DNA of 45,567 nt from Campylobacterota bacterium (GCA_029255845.1 JAJVLF010000015.1:1-45567), one strand, 5' to 3'; numbered from the stretch's first letter, positions 9,529 through 19,461 are shown. Numbers and translations are program-made. Notes: generated by a model not told the origin, from the letters alone.

Positions 9529-10932
9529 TTACCTTTTATTTACTTTTAGTTTTATGGCTATTATGAAATGGTATATAAAATACAAAGATATTATCCTTGA
9601 AATAAATGTTTGCACATAATAATCTATATGGAGATTATACTCTAAAATAAGCTCAAATGGATTAATCAAATGTATAAATACATCTACCCCTATATCCACA
9701 GGATAAAAAGCAGTAAATATGCTAGCACTTAATATAAGCCATACTAGTGGAAGTATATAGCTTTGCGAATAATGAGAAGTAAATTTATATGCTTTTAAAA
9801 CTATCCAATCTGTAATCTTACTGTAATCTTTTTTGCTTATTAAGGTTTTTTCTATTTTTTCTAATTCTATTGCATAGAATTTATTAATATCGCTTATATT
9901 ATTATTTTTCATTGCACAATTTTTAATAATTCTTGCTGTTTCTTTATTGGCTATATGAGATGAATCTAGGGGGATACTTTTCATAGCTTTAAATCCATAA
10001 AGACTATTAAATGTAGCATCTTTAAATATGCTTTTGTGAAAACTAAGGCTATAAAATGAGCTTTCTACAAAAGAGCCTCTTATAAATAAGACATAAGAAA
10101 AATCTGCTTCTTTTTTAAAAACACTAGAAGAAAATGACACATCTTCAAATTTGCTATTTTTAAAACTCGCCTTATCTGAAAATACAGCATTATTATAATT
10201 ACTAGTCCCAGAAAAGTGAATATCCCAAAAAAAGGCTTCTTGATTAAATTTAGTAGATGTAAATTCTGCCTTACCTTCACATATCGCACCCCAAAAATCT
10301 ACCTTTACTTTAAAGCTACTCGCCCAAAAATATAAATCCTGATTACATATCATCCTTCTAAAAGAAGCCTGAGCATAAAAAATTGAATTTCTAAAAGATG
10401 CTTGTTTTTTAAAATGTGTTCGATTAAAGTCTGACATTTTATGAAATTTACTAAATTGAAAATAAGAGTCTTCATTAAAAGTAGAGTTTTTAAAAGAGAC
10501 CTCTTCATAAAATTCTGATTTAATAAAGTTTGCTTCGCCTTTGAATTTGGCATTATCAAAAATAGCTTTTTCTTTAAATATGATATTAGAAAAATTAGCT
10601 TCCCCATAAAAGGTAGCTTCTATAAAAGATACATCATGCTCAAACATATTTTCATCAATTTTAAAAAAGAAATTATAATCTTTTAAATAGCGACCTTTTG
10701 AAAAATGTATTTCTTCAAATTTAGGAAATTCAACATAATCTAAATTTATATAAGCACTATGTTTTGAATCATAAGCGATAATTTTTCTTACTGCTTTCCA
10801 AAATAAAGTAATATTGCCATAGCTTTTAGCCCAATCTTGCTCACCATCTCTAATCATAAACCAATCTTGCTTAGAAGAATACAAAATATCTGTTTCTTCA
10901 ACTGAAAGTATTTTATTTACATCATCTCTCAT
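9529..10932 (-). CDS. Pentapeptide repeat protein with C-terminal membrane segments
   Basis: Long run of 11-aa A.F..S.F repeats (Pentapeptide_3 type), then S..SQS..LP..W and TM helices. Confidence 0.85.
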   Translation of the reverse strand: MRDDVNKILSVEETDILYSSKQDWFMIRDGEQDWAKSYGNITLFWKAVRKIIAYDSKHSAYINLDYVEFPKFEEIHFSKGRYLKDYNFFFKIDENMFEHDVSFIEATFYGEANFSNIIFKEKAIFDNAKFKGEANFIKSEFYEEVSFKNSTFNEDSYFQFSKFHKMSDFNRTHFKKQASFRNSIFYAQASFRRMICNQDLYFWASSFKVKVDFWGAICEGKAEFTSTKFNQEAFFWDIHFSGTSNYNNAVFSDKASFKNSKFEDVSFSSSVFKKEADFSYVLFIRGSFVESSFYSLSFHKSIFKDATFNSLYGFKAMKSIPLDSSHIANKETARIIKNCAMKNNNISDINKFYAIELEKIEKTLISKKDYSKITDWIVLKAYKFTSHYSQSYILPLVWLILSASIFTAFYPVDIGVDVFIHLINPFELILEYNLHIDYYVQTFISRIISLYFIYHFIIAIKLKVNKR

Positions 10933-11131
10933 ATAATCACCTTAATAATGAATTAAACAATTTAACATTTAATGGTATTATATCTTATATAACCAAAAAA
11001 ACTTGTCAAGTTGCATAAAATTATAATAAACTGTATTATAAATATATATCTATCATTATTTTTATTTAAAAAGTTAATTTTAAGTAGATTAAAGATAAAA
11101 TAATAGCTTATCAAAATTAAAAAGGTTTAAA

Positions 11132-11707
11132 ATGTTTAAAAAATTATCTGTATTTACAGCTGTTTTCTTTTCTCTATTGTTTTTCGTTTCTTGTTCTTCT
11201 ACTCCTGGTATAGAAAATCCTAAAGGTGAATTATCTGATGCCCCTAAGTGGGTTCTTATGCCTTTTGTTGAGGGTTCTATGAGTGATATAGGTTCTGCTC
11301 CTGCTAATGCTGGTGGCGATGTTTCATTTCAAAGAAATCAAGCTATGGGCGATGCTAGAGATAATCTAGCTAGACAAATGGGCACAAAAGTAGGAAATAT
11401 GCTTAAAAGCTTTAAGGCTTCTACAGGAGCAAAATCTGATGCTACATTTGATCAATCTAGTGAGCAAGTAAGCAAGCAAATTGCTAGTCAAACTCTTATA
11501 GGTAGTAAAATAAAAGATATGTGGATTAGTGATAGTGGGACTATGTATGTGTTAGTTGTTTTAGATACTGAGGCTGTGATTGCTCAAATGGATAAAAATA
11601 TTAAAACATCTATGGGGAATGAAAAAGCTATGTATCAAAAGTTTTTAGCTAAAAAAGGTCAAGATGAGTTAGCTAAAGAGCTTGAAGCTTTTAAAAAAGA
11701 TAACTAG
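11132..11707 (+). CDS. LPP20 family lipoprotein
   Basis: Lipobox FVSC; APKWV, QRNQAMGDARDNLARQ, TLIGSKI, MYVLV. Confidence 0.85.
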   Translation: MFKKLSVFTAVFFSLLFFVSCSSTPGIENPKGELSDAPKWVLMPFVEGSMSDIGSAPANAGGDVSFQRNQAMGDARDNLARQMGTKVGNMLKSFKASTGAKSDATFDQSSEQVSKQIASQTLIGSKIKDMWISDSGTMYVLVVLDTEAVIAQMDKNIKTSMGNEKAMYQKFLAKKGQDELAKELEAFKKDN

Positions 11708-11719
11708 ACTTATAATAAA

Positions 11720-12127
11720 TTGATTTTAAAGATAGTATCATTTATATTGGTGTTTTTATTTATTATCGCTTCTTGTGCTACTAGCCTTAAAATGCCTAGT
11801 TCAGACAAGCCATCTTGGTTGATTAATCTTGGTGATTATGCTAATGGTGGTTTGGTTGCTACGGGATGTTCTGGTATGCACATTAAAGGTCTTGATGCCC
11901 AAAAAAAGCTAGCTGTTCAAAGAGCCGTTAGTTCTTTATCTATGCAAAAAAGCACTAAAGTGCAAACCATATCCAATACTAATGAGAAAAGAAATAGAGG
12001 TGTATTACAAAGCTCTAAATATAGTAGCTCATCGCAGTATCAAACAAATACTAATATTAGTTTTGAGATTAAAAAAGAATATTATGATAAATTAAATAAA
12101 GAATATTGTGTTCTTATTAAGGAATGA
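11720..12127 (+). CDS. Putative lipoprotein (LPP20-like)
   Basis: TTG start, lipobox IASC, KPSW, QKKLAVQRA..SL. Confidence 0.7.
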   Translation: MILKIVSFILVFLFIIASCATSLKMPSSDKPSWLINLGDYANGGLVATGCSGMHIKGLDAQKKLAVQRAVSSLSMQKSTKVQTISNTNEKRNRGVLQSSKYSSSSQYQTNTNISFEIKKEYYDKLNKEYCVLIKE

Positions 12128-13491
12128 TTATGAAAATATCTTTATTTATTTTATTTGCTTTTTCTTTTATTTATCCACAAAGCTTTGATGATTATCTAAA
12201 AGAACAACAACAAGATTTTAATTCTTATAAAACGGCTTTAGATAAAGAATGGAAACAATACAAATCTTTCATTAATGACTCTCCTTATAAAGTAAAAAAA
12301 CCTAAAAAGATACCTAAAGCTAAAAAGAAAGCACCTAAAAAAGACATTTCTAAAAAAGCTAAGATTTCTAAACCCATAAAAAAAAGAATTGAAAAAATAA
12401 AGATTGACACCCTTATTTTAGGCACAAGTATTGATTTTTCTTTTTTAAACTCAAAAGTTAATATCCCTTATGATAAAAGCATAAAAAAAAGTATCTCTAT
12501 CTTTAATAATAAATCAATTTCTAAATATCATAAATCAATGCAAAAAGCTAAATATAAAATGAGCATAGATTATATTAAAAAATACAAAAAAGCCAGAAGA
12601 CTAAGTGATTGGATGGCTGTATTGCTAGTAAGTGAATTTAGCGAAAACATCCATAAAAACAAAAACAAACAAAAACTATTGACTTGGTTTTTGCTCCTTG
12701 AATTAGGATATGATGTAAAAGTAGCAATTGCCAATAATGCCATCGTCCTTTTAGCAAATATGAAACATAGCCTTTATTCGACTTTATTTTTAAAAATCAA
12801 CAACAAAAACTACTATGCCATCTTCGGAGACAAAGCTAAAAAGCTAAAAACCTATTCTAGCAATATGAAAAACCTAAATGCTATGGACTTCACAAGCAAA
12901 AGAGCAGTCCTTGGCATAAATGACCATAAAAAGAAAAAACTAAGTTTTAAATATAAAAATAAACCCTATAATATAAATACCTTTTATAGCCCATCACTTA
13001 TAAAGACTTATAAAGATATGCCCCAATCTGACTATATATCATATTTCAATTCATTAATGGACAATAAAACAGAATATAATATGCTTAATGATTTATCTAA
13101 AATATTAAAAAATAAAAGTGAAATAGAAGCCATAAACATCTTACTTAGATTCGTGCAAAAATCTTTTAAATATAAAACAGATGATGATAATTTCGGATAC
13201 GAAAAAGTCTTATTTCCTGAAGAAACTATTTATTATAAATACTCTGATTGTGAAGATAGAAGCTTATTATTTGCATATTTAACAAGAAAATTATTAAAAA
13301 AAGATGTCATCTTATTAAAATACTCTGACCATCTAGCAACAGCAGTTAGGCTTGATACTCGTAATTCAAATGGGGATAGTATTAGATATAATGGTAAAGT
13401 GTATGCTATAGCTGACCCTACTTATATAAATGCTAATGTTTTTATGGCTATGCCAAAATATAAAAATGCTTCTTATAAAGTGATTAAATAA
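12124..13491 (+). CDS. Secreted transglutaminase-like (Cys-His-Asp) protein
   Basis: Signal peptide; FKYKTD...YSDCEDRSLL, SDHLATAV, IADPTY; overlaps the upstream stop. Confidence 0.75.
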   Translation: MIMKISLFILFAFSFIYPQSFDDYLKEQQQDFNSYKTALDKEWKQYKSFINDSPYKVKKPKKIPKAKKKAPKKDISKKAKISKPIKKRIEKIKIDTLILGTSIDFSFLNSKVNIPYDKSIKKSISIFNNKSISKYHKSMQKAKYKMSIDYIKKYKKARRLSDWMAVLLVSEFSENIHKNKNKQKLLTWFLLLELGYDVKVAIANNAIVLLANMKHSLYSTLFLKINNKNYYAIFGDKAKKLKTYSSNMKNLNAMDFTSKRAVLGINDHKKKKLSFKYKNKPYNINTFYSPSLIKTYKDMPQSDYISYFNSLMDNKTEYNMLNDLSKILKNKSEIEAINILLRFVQKSFKYKTDDDNFGYEKVLFPEETIYYKYSDCEDRSLLFAYLTRKLLKKDVILLKYSDHLATAVRLDTRNSNGDSIRYNGKVYAIADPTYINANVFMAMPKYKNASYKVIK

Positions 13492-13641
13492 AAAAAATAC
13501 CATTTTTTAATGGAGACTCTTTTAATGTGTAGTTTCATCTCTTCTATCTAGTTCCCATCTTGCATATTTATTTAGCATATTTAGTTTTATTGTAACCTAG
13601 CAAGATATATTCTCATCAGGAATAATTATGGAGGGAAGCAA

Positions 13642-13720
13642 TGCCATTAAGACACTTAAACTCTTTTTTTCTGTAATCCGTAATCCGTAATCTGCCATTA
13701 AGTCTTAACTTAATGGCAAT
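13642..13720 (-). repeat. Dispersed repeat copy 1: hairpin + heptamer tandem repeat, possible terminator downstream of lspA
   Basis: 10-bp stem TGCCATTAAG-N6-CTTAATGGCA (13693-13718), followed on the minus strand by GATTACG-GATTACG-GATTACA; extra arm copy at 13642-13651. Confidence 0.7.
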
Positions 13721-13738
13721 AGTGGGAGATATGATAAA

Positions 13739-14194
13739 TTAAATTTTATCTAATAAGCCCTTGTTTCTTAAAATAATAATAATAGCAAAAAATATCCCCA
13801 TATTAATAAATATATCCGCCATATTAAATACAGCAAAATCAAAATAACATCTCCAAGCTATGAAATCTACAACTCCAATTCTATGAAATCTATCTATAAT
13901 GTTGCCTACTCCTCCAGCAAATATGAAGACTAGAGGTAGCTTAAAGTATATTTTTAATGCTTCATTTTTCCATACATAAATAGCTAAAAATATTAATACA
14001 GACATTTGTATGTATTTTAAATATTCTCCTAAAAACTCAAACATTGAGAATGCTATGCCTGTGTTATATACTAAATAAAAATAAATACAACCTATGTTAA
14101 AAGTTAATCCTTGAACAAAAATCCATTTTGTGTATTGGTCTATTAGGACTAAAAGGACGAAGATTGCTATATATATATAGTTTTTTTTAGCCAT
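13739..14194 (-). CDS. lspA: Lipoprotein signal peptidase
   Basis: DQYTK, NTGIAFS, GGVGNIIDR, VVDFI, FAVFNMAD. Confidence 0.98.
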   Translation of the reverse strand: MAKKNYIYIAIFVLLVLIDQYTKWIFVQGLTFNIGCIYFYLVYNTGIAFSMFEFLGEYLKYIQMSVLIFLAIYVWKNEALKIYFKLPLVFIFAGGVGNIIDRFHRIGVVDFIAWRCYFDFAVFNMADIFINMGIFFAIIIILRNKGLLDKI

Positions 14195-15527
14195 TTAATT
14201 TTTCTTTAAAAAATTCTTTTGCTTGTTCTAGTGATTTTATTAACACGGTTTCATTTTTGCTTTCTAAGAATACTCTTAAAAGTTTCTCTGTGCCTGAATA
14301 TCTTATAAGATGTCTCACTTTCGCTTTGTCTAATGAGGAGATTAAATCATCATATCCATTAAGTGATTTTAGAGGTATTTTTTTCTTTATTGGGATATTT
14401 AGGGTTTTGCTAGGGTATAATTTGAAGTTTCTTAGAGATTCACTTGCTGTTTTTTTGCTTTTTACTATGAGTGCCATTATTTGTAATGCGGATAAAATGC
14501 CATCTCCTGTTTTAGCAAATTCATTAAAGATTATATGACCACTTTCTTCACCGCCAAAATGGACATCTTTTTTTCTCATTAAGGCTGTTACTTTTTTATC
14601 TCCTATATCACTTTTGTAATTATTGATATTATTTTTCTTGCAAAATTCTTCTAAGGCACCATTGCTCATCTCTGTGCTTACTATGGCATTATTATTTAGC
14701 TTATTTTCACTTTTTAGGTATTTGGCTATAGAGGCTAGAGTGTTATCTCCATCTATCTTTTCTCCATTTTCATCTACTACAACTAATCTATCCGCATCTC
14801 CATCAAATGCAAAGCCTATATCGGCTCTTGATTCTACTACTTTTTTCGCTAAATCACTTATGTTTAATGCTCCACAATTATCATTTATATTATATCCATT
14901 TGGGTTATTGTGGATTGTAATCACTTCAGCGTCAAGCTCATCAAAAATAGTGGGAGCTACTTTATATGATGCTCCATTGGCTGTATCAAGCACTATCCTA
15001 TATCCTGTTAATGTATATTTTGAAGGAAATGAATTTTTTATTTGGACTATATATCTTCCTATTACATCATCTATTCTTTTTGAAGAGCCTATATTTTTAT
15101 TTGTTTGCATATATTTTGTAAAATCTTCATTAATATATATTTCTTCTATTTTCTTTTCTGCTTCATCTCTAAGCTTTCCACCATCATTATTGAAAAATTT
15201 AATGCCATTATCTTCATAAGGATTATGGCTAGCACTTATCATAATTCCCGCATCACATCTCATACTTTGAGTTAAAAATGCTACAGCAGGAGAGGGCATA
15301 GGACCAATTTGTATTACATTATATCCTATACTTGTGAGACCTGAAACTATGGCATTTTCTATCATATAGCCACTTTTTCTGGTGTCTTTTCCTATTAAGA
15401 TTTTATTGGTTTTAGAAATGCTCTTAAAGTATATCCCCATAGATAGAGCTACCTTTAAAGAAGTAAAAACATCTATCGTTTCTCCCGCCTTTCCTCTCAC
15501 ACCATCTGTGCCAAATAAATTGCCCAT
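14187..15527 (-). CDS. glmM: Phosphoglucosamine mutase
   Basis: LFGTDGVRG, MISASHNP, FDGDADR, GGEESGH, RYSGTE. Confidence 0.98.
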   Translation of the reverse strand: MGNLFGTDGVRGKAGETIDVFTSLKVALSMGIYFKSISKTNKILIGKDTRKSGYMIENAIVSGLTSIGYNVIQIGPMPSPAVAFLTQSMRCDAGIMISASHNPYEDNGIKFFNNDGGKLRDEAEKKIEEIYINEDFTKYMQTNKNIGSSKRIDDVIGRYIVQIKNSFPSKYTLTGYRIVLDTANGASYKVAPTIFDELDAEVITIHNNPNGYNINDNCGALNISDLAKKVVESRADIGFAFDGDADRLVVVDENGEKIDGDNTLASIAKYLKSENKLNNNAIVSTEMSNGALEEFCKKNNINNYKSDIGDKKVTALMRKKDVHFGGEESGHIIFNEFAKTGDGILSALQIMALIVKSKKTASESLRNFKLYPSKTLNIPIKKKIPLKSLNGYDDLISSLDKAKVRHLIRYSGTEKLLRVFLESKNETVLIKSLEQAKEFFKEKLNG

Positions 15528-15558
15528 TGTTTTCCTTGTTTTTGCCCGTATTATATAA

Positions 15559-16602
15559 TTATTGTGTTATATAAAGAAGAGTTCTATGGCTTAAAGCATT
15601 TTCTTTTGCATGAAGAAAGTCTGTGGCTGTTTCTATTTTAATAGCAAATACATTCACTATGATTACCTTTTTCCCTACTGGAGGTTGCTCGAATTCTTTT
15701 TCATAAAAATCATTATCTAAAACCATAGCAGGTGCTGTTAATGTAGCACTAGAAATAGATGATGTGTTTTCATCCATAGGGATATTTATAGCCCTATATA
15801 ACACATTACTATATTTATCGTCTGAAGTATTTACTATTTCTACTGCGAGAGATCTCGTATGTAAAGGTAGATTAGCCCACCTTATATGAGGGAATCCTCC
15901 TGTAAATTCTGTGCCATCTTTAAAGTTTTTAGAATACAAAGCAAAAGATGGATAAATATTATCTCCTTTTGGCAAACTAGGGTCATTTGATGGTGTAGGA
16001 ATATCATAAGCATTTTTTATTATATCTATCGTATATCCATCATCACTTATTGTTACTTCATCAAAAACCTGACTAGCTCCAGGGAATCCATCAAAAGCAG
16101 ATGCATTATGGATTGGTCTCCATTTTCCTCCAGATGTGAATTGCCATATCCTCATACCTGTATCTTTACCTCTTCCTGATGCTAAAAATGGATATGAATT
16201 ACTTTCCCAAAAATACCAAACAATCTTAAATGTTTTATTTTTTAAGGTTTCTAAGAAATAATCAATAGCTATATTAGTGCTAATAGATTTACTTCCAAAA
16301 GTAATTTTATCTCCTGTTAAAGAAAAACTTATATTAGTAAAGTTCTTATTTGCTTTAACAAAACCATCAAAAGATGGTGCATTATGTATTGGTTTCCATT
16401 TTTTTTGTGCTGTAAAATTCCACACTCTGATATTATTAGTTTTTCGACCATTAGCAAGGTAATATAATGTATTATTACCTTCTTGAACTTCCCAAAAGTA
16501 CCAACCTATTTTATGAACCTTATTAACTAATGCTTGAGATGTAACATCTAAAGAAAAAGAAAAAGTTATTAAAGTAAATAAAAAAATTATAATTTTAAAC
16601 AT
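15559..16602 (-). CDS. Secreted protein with two Trp-rich repeats and a degenerate PEBP (YbhB/YbcL-like) domain
   Basis: Signal peptide; 2x WYFW...WxFT...KWxPIHNA..FDGF; C-terminal PHIRWANLP..TRSLAV..INIP..NDF..PP..VFAI. Confidence 0.75.
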   Translation of the reverse strand: MFKIIIFLFTLITFSFSLDVTSQALVNKVHKIGWYFWEVQEGNNTLYYLANGRKTNNIRVWNFTAQKKWKPIHNAPSFDGFVKANKNFTNISFSLTGDKITFGSKSISTNIAIDYFLETLKNKTFKIVWYFWESNSYPFLASGRGKDTGMRIWQFTSGGKWRPIHNASAFDGFPGASQVFDEVTISDDGYTIDIIKNAYDIPTPSNDPSLPKGDNIYPSFALYSKNFKDGTEFTGGFPHIRWANLPLHTRSLAVEIVNTSDDKYSNVLYRAINIPMDENTSSISSATLTAPAMVLDNDFYEKEFEQPPVGKKVIIVNVFAIKIETATDFLHAKENALSHRTLLYITQ

Positions 16603-17694
16603 TTATTTTCCTGTGTATTTAACTGTTATTGAAGATTTATAAATAGCATTATTATAGTCATTAGTCCCACTTATTTGGGAGGTAGCAAAAGCATAAACAG
16701 TAAATTTGTAGTTATGAGTTTCTCCAGCAGGAGGAAAAGGAGCTAAATAAGATGGAGTGCCAAAATCATTAGGTATATTTCTACTATTTTCATAATTAGA
16801 CAAAGGCCCTTTAGGAAGAGATGTAATACTCTTAGGTATATTTATAATATTCCAATGATATTTATCTACATCTAAATCTTTTAAAGATATTGCATAACTT
16901 TTGATAATATCTTTATCTTTAATATCACTCTGGACATCCCACGAAAAAGCAGGAGATAATGAAGAATATGCTTCGCTTAAAAACTCTCCTTCTTGCACAT
17001 CATTTGATTTTAATGTAATCCCTTTGGGTAAATCTGGTTTATTTTCTTTTGGTTGATTTCCATCTGATGTATCATTTGTATCTAATATAGATTTACCTAT
17101 CGTAAGCACCCCTGAAGATGCTTCAAATGATACATTTTCTAATGTGTTGTCAGCTTTATCAAAACCATCAAAAGCACCAGCATTATGGATTGGTTGCCAT
17201 TTTTTATCAGGAGTAAAATACCATATTGAAATTCCTTTACTTTTACTCTCACTAAATAAAAAAGCATCTCCAGTATTAACCCAAAAATACCAACCTATAT
17301 TAAAATCTTTACTTTCTAATAAGACAGCTTTTTGATTAGCTGTATCATCTGTGGGATTGTTTGTGATAGCACCAAAAGTGATAGCTTCTTTTATTTTATC
17401 TAGGCTTATATCATCAAAAACATTTTCTGCTTTAGGGAAGCCATCAAATGCATTTGCACTATGAATGGGTTGCCATTTTTTATCAAGAGTGAAATGCCAA
17501 ACTGCAAAACCACCACCTTCCTTGCTTTGAGTGAGATATGGGACATTTTTTGAGCTACTATCTTTAGCTACCCAAAATAGATATTGCATAGTAGGAGTTG
17601 AATTAGATATTTTTTCTACTAACTCATTAAAAGTTTTTGCATATAAATTATTAAAAATAAATGTATGCAAAAAAGCAATAAAAATCCATTTCAC
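16603..17694 (-). CDS. Secreted protein with two Trp-rich repeats and an intact PEBP (YbhB/YbcL) domain
   Basis: GTG start, signal peptide, the same two repeats; C-terminal SP.FSW, KSYAI, D.D..YHW.I.NIP, NDFG..SY.APFPP.GETHNY.FTVYA. Confidence 0.82.
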   Translation of the reverse strand: MKWIFIAFLHTFIFNNLYAKTFNELVEKISNSTPTMQYLFWVAKDSSSKNVPYLTQSKEGGGFAVWHFTLDKKWQPIHSANAFDGFPKAENVFDDISLDKIKEAITFGAITNNPTDDTANQKAVLLESKDFNIGWYFWVNTGDAFLFSESKSKGISIWYFTPDKKWQPIHNAGAFDGFDKADNTLENVSFEASSGVLTIGKSILDTNDTSDGNQPKENKPDLPKGITLKSNDVQEGEFLSEAYSSLSPAFSWDVQSDIKDKDIIKSYAISLKDLDVDKYHWNIINIPKSITSLPKGPLSNYENSRNIPNDFGTPSYLAPFPPAGETHNYKFTVYAFATSQISGTNDYNNAIYKSSITVKYTGK

Positions 17695-17706
17695 ATTAAA
17701 CCTTTA

Positions 17707-18495
17707 CTATCTCTTTAATTGATTAACAGTCTGAAGCATTTCATCAGATGTGATGATGGCTTTAGAGTTTGCCTCATAAGCTCTTTGCCCTGCTATTAAA
17801 TCGGTCATTTCATTTACTAGCTTTACATTTGAAAGCTCAATAAACCCTTGTCTAGTTTGTCCTAATCCATTAATCCCTGCAATCCCTGCAATAGGAGCCC
17901 CACTAGATGCAGATTCTTGAAACATAGTTCCACCCATAGCATGTAGTCCTGCTTGATTTACAAAACTAGTAAGCAAAATCTGACCTACTTGTGCTGGAGC
18001 TCTATTATTGCCTTCAAGCACACTAACCATACCATCTTCACTAATATTAACATCTGTTACATTAGCAGGTATAGTTATTTGTGGGTTAAGCAAATATCCC
18101 TCAGATGTGGTAATATTACCATCTCCATTAATCTTAAAATTACCATTTTTAGTATAAGCTTCACTTCCATCAGGAAGAATAACAGAAAAAAATCCCTCTC
18201 CTGTAATAGCAATATCTAAATCATTTCCAGTTTCTTTTAAGCTACCAATTTCAAATATCTTAGCCGTAGAAGATAGCTTACTACCTAAACCAATTTGTAT
18301 CCCTGTAGGAGATATAGTTGTAGCAGAAGTAGAAGTTCCTGCATACTTCATAGTCTGATATATTAAATCTGTAAATTCTGCTCTGTTTTTCTTAAAACCA
18401 GAAGTATTTGCATTGGCGATATTATTGGAAATAGTATCAATATTTTTTTGCTGGGAAATCATCCCTGTGGCTGCCGAATAAAGAGATCGTATCAT
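17707..18495 (-). CDS. flgG: Flagellar basal-body rod protein FlgG
   Basis: MIRSLYSAATGM, SNNIANANTSGFKK, ELSNV.LV.EM..LI.GQRAYEANSK. Confidence 0.98.
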   Translation of the reverse strand: MIRSLYSAATGMISQQKNIDTISNNIANANTSGFKKNRAEFTDLIYQTMKYAGTSTSATTISPTGIQIGLGSKLSSTAKIFEIGSLKETGNDLDIAITGEGFFSVILPDGSEAYTKNGNFKINGDGNITTSEGYLLNPQITIPANVTDVNISEDGMVSVLEGNNRAPAQVGQILLTSFVNQAGLHAMGGTMFQESASSGAPIAGIAGINGLGQTRQGFIELSNVKLVNEMTDLIAGQRAYEANSKAIITSDEMLQTVNQLKR

Positions 18496-18509
18496 TTATT
18501 TACCTTTTA

Positions 18510-19304
18510 TTAATTTTTTACAACAGCTATTTTATTAATAGCTTCATTATTCATATCATCCATTTGTGTGGTCATAGCTTTTTGATTAAACTCTATTGAG
18601 CGATTTACGATTATTAAATTTGTCATAGCTATCACAGGGTTTACATTACTTCCCTCTAAAAATCCTTGCTGTAAGGCATTTGGATTATTTACAAGTGAAT
18701 ATATACCATTTTTTAATGGTTTATAAATCCCATCAGATTTTTTTTCTAAATATTTTAAATTATTAACTTCATATATTTGTATTTTATTTACAATCTCATT
18801 ACCTTGATATATATTTCCATCTGAGTCTATATGTGGAGATTGTCCAGTTAATATGATAGGTTTATCATTGGCACCCATTATAGGATTACCATTACTTTTA
18901 TTAACAAGCCTACTTTGAGAATCTATTGCTAAATTACCTTTTTTGCTTAAAAGCATATTGCCTTTCGCATCTTTTGTAGAAAAAAATAAATTATCTTTAT
19001 TTAAAACCAAATCTAGCTTATTATCAGTTTTTCTAAGAGTCCCCATAGAAAAATCAGTATATTCTTCAACTACTTGAGGAACCCTGTCCATAGTCCTATG
19101 TAAAAATTTAGCCCCTTCTTTAGTGTGATTACCTAAAGGAAGCTCTTTTCTTTTTTCATCATGGATTCTAATATAATCCCCAACAATAAGATTATCTTTT
19201 TTGAAAGAAGTAGTATTAACATTAGCGAGATTATTGGTAACCACATCAAGCCTATTAAAGCTAGTAACCATACCCCCTACTGCATTATAATAACCATTTT
19301 GCAT
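18510..19304 (-). CDS. flgF: Flagellar basal-body rod protein FlgF (FlgG2 type)
   Basis: MQNGYYNAVGGMVT, NNLANVNT..FKKD, LEGSNVNPV; lies upstream of flgG. Confidence 0.92.
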   Translation of the reverse strand: MQNGYYNAVGGMVTSFNRLDVVTNNLANVNTTSFKKDNLIVGDYIRIHDEKRKELPLGNHTKEGAKFLHRTMDRVPQVVEEYTDFSMGTLRKTDNKLDLVLNKDNLFFSTKDAKGNMLLSKKGNLAIDSQSRLVNKSNGNPIMGANDKPIILTGQSPHIDSDGNIYQGNEIVNKIQIYEVNNLKYLEKKSDGIYKPLKNGIYSLVNNPNALQQGFLEGSNVNPVIAMTNLIIVNRSIEFNQKAMTTQMDDMNNEAINKIAVVKN

Positions 19305-19338
19305 ATCAAACCTTACTCTTTTTTATATCAAACTAAGG

Positions 19339-19356
19339 AAGCAATTAATATTCCAA
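19339..19356 (-). promoter_or_regulatory. Sigma54 (-24/-12) promoter of flgF-flgG
   Basis: TTGGAATATTAATTGCTT = GG-N10-GC, 35 bp upstream of the flgF ATG; rod genes are RpoN-dependent in Campylobacterota. Confidence 0.85.
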
Positions 19357-19382
19357 TAAGTTAAATTAGGTAATATATGGGC

Positions 19383-19459
19383 GACCTTATCGTCTAGCTG
19401 GCCAAGGACATTAGAGTTTCATTCTAAAAACGGAGGTTCAAATCCTTCTAGGGTCGCCA
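19383..19459 (+). tRNA. tRNA-Glu (anticodon TTC), atypical anticodon arm
   Basis: Acceptor GACCTTA/TAGGGTC, D arm GTCT..GGAC, anticodon arm TTAGA-GTTTCAT-TCTAA (anticodon 19418-19420), T arm GGAGG-TTCAAAT-CCTTC, encoded CCA. Confidence 0.9.
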
Positions 19460-19461
19460 AT

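Noticed and set aside
13671-13692. Heptamer repeats (also 19490-19520) as a CRISPR array
   Set aside because: The units are 7 bp and contiguous, with no spacers and no cas genes.
14257-15219. Antisense and nested ORFs in the track (e.g. 14623-15219, 3791-4048, 26696-27121, 28173-28574, 36077-36409, 44117-44476)
   Set aside because: They are shadows of well-supported genes, with Ser/Leu/Phe-biased composition and no motifs.
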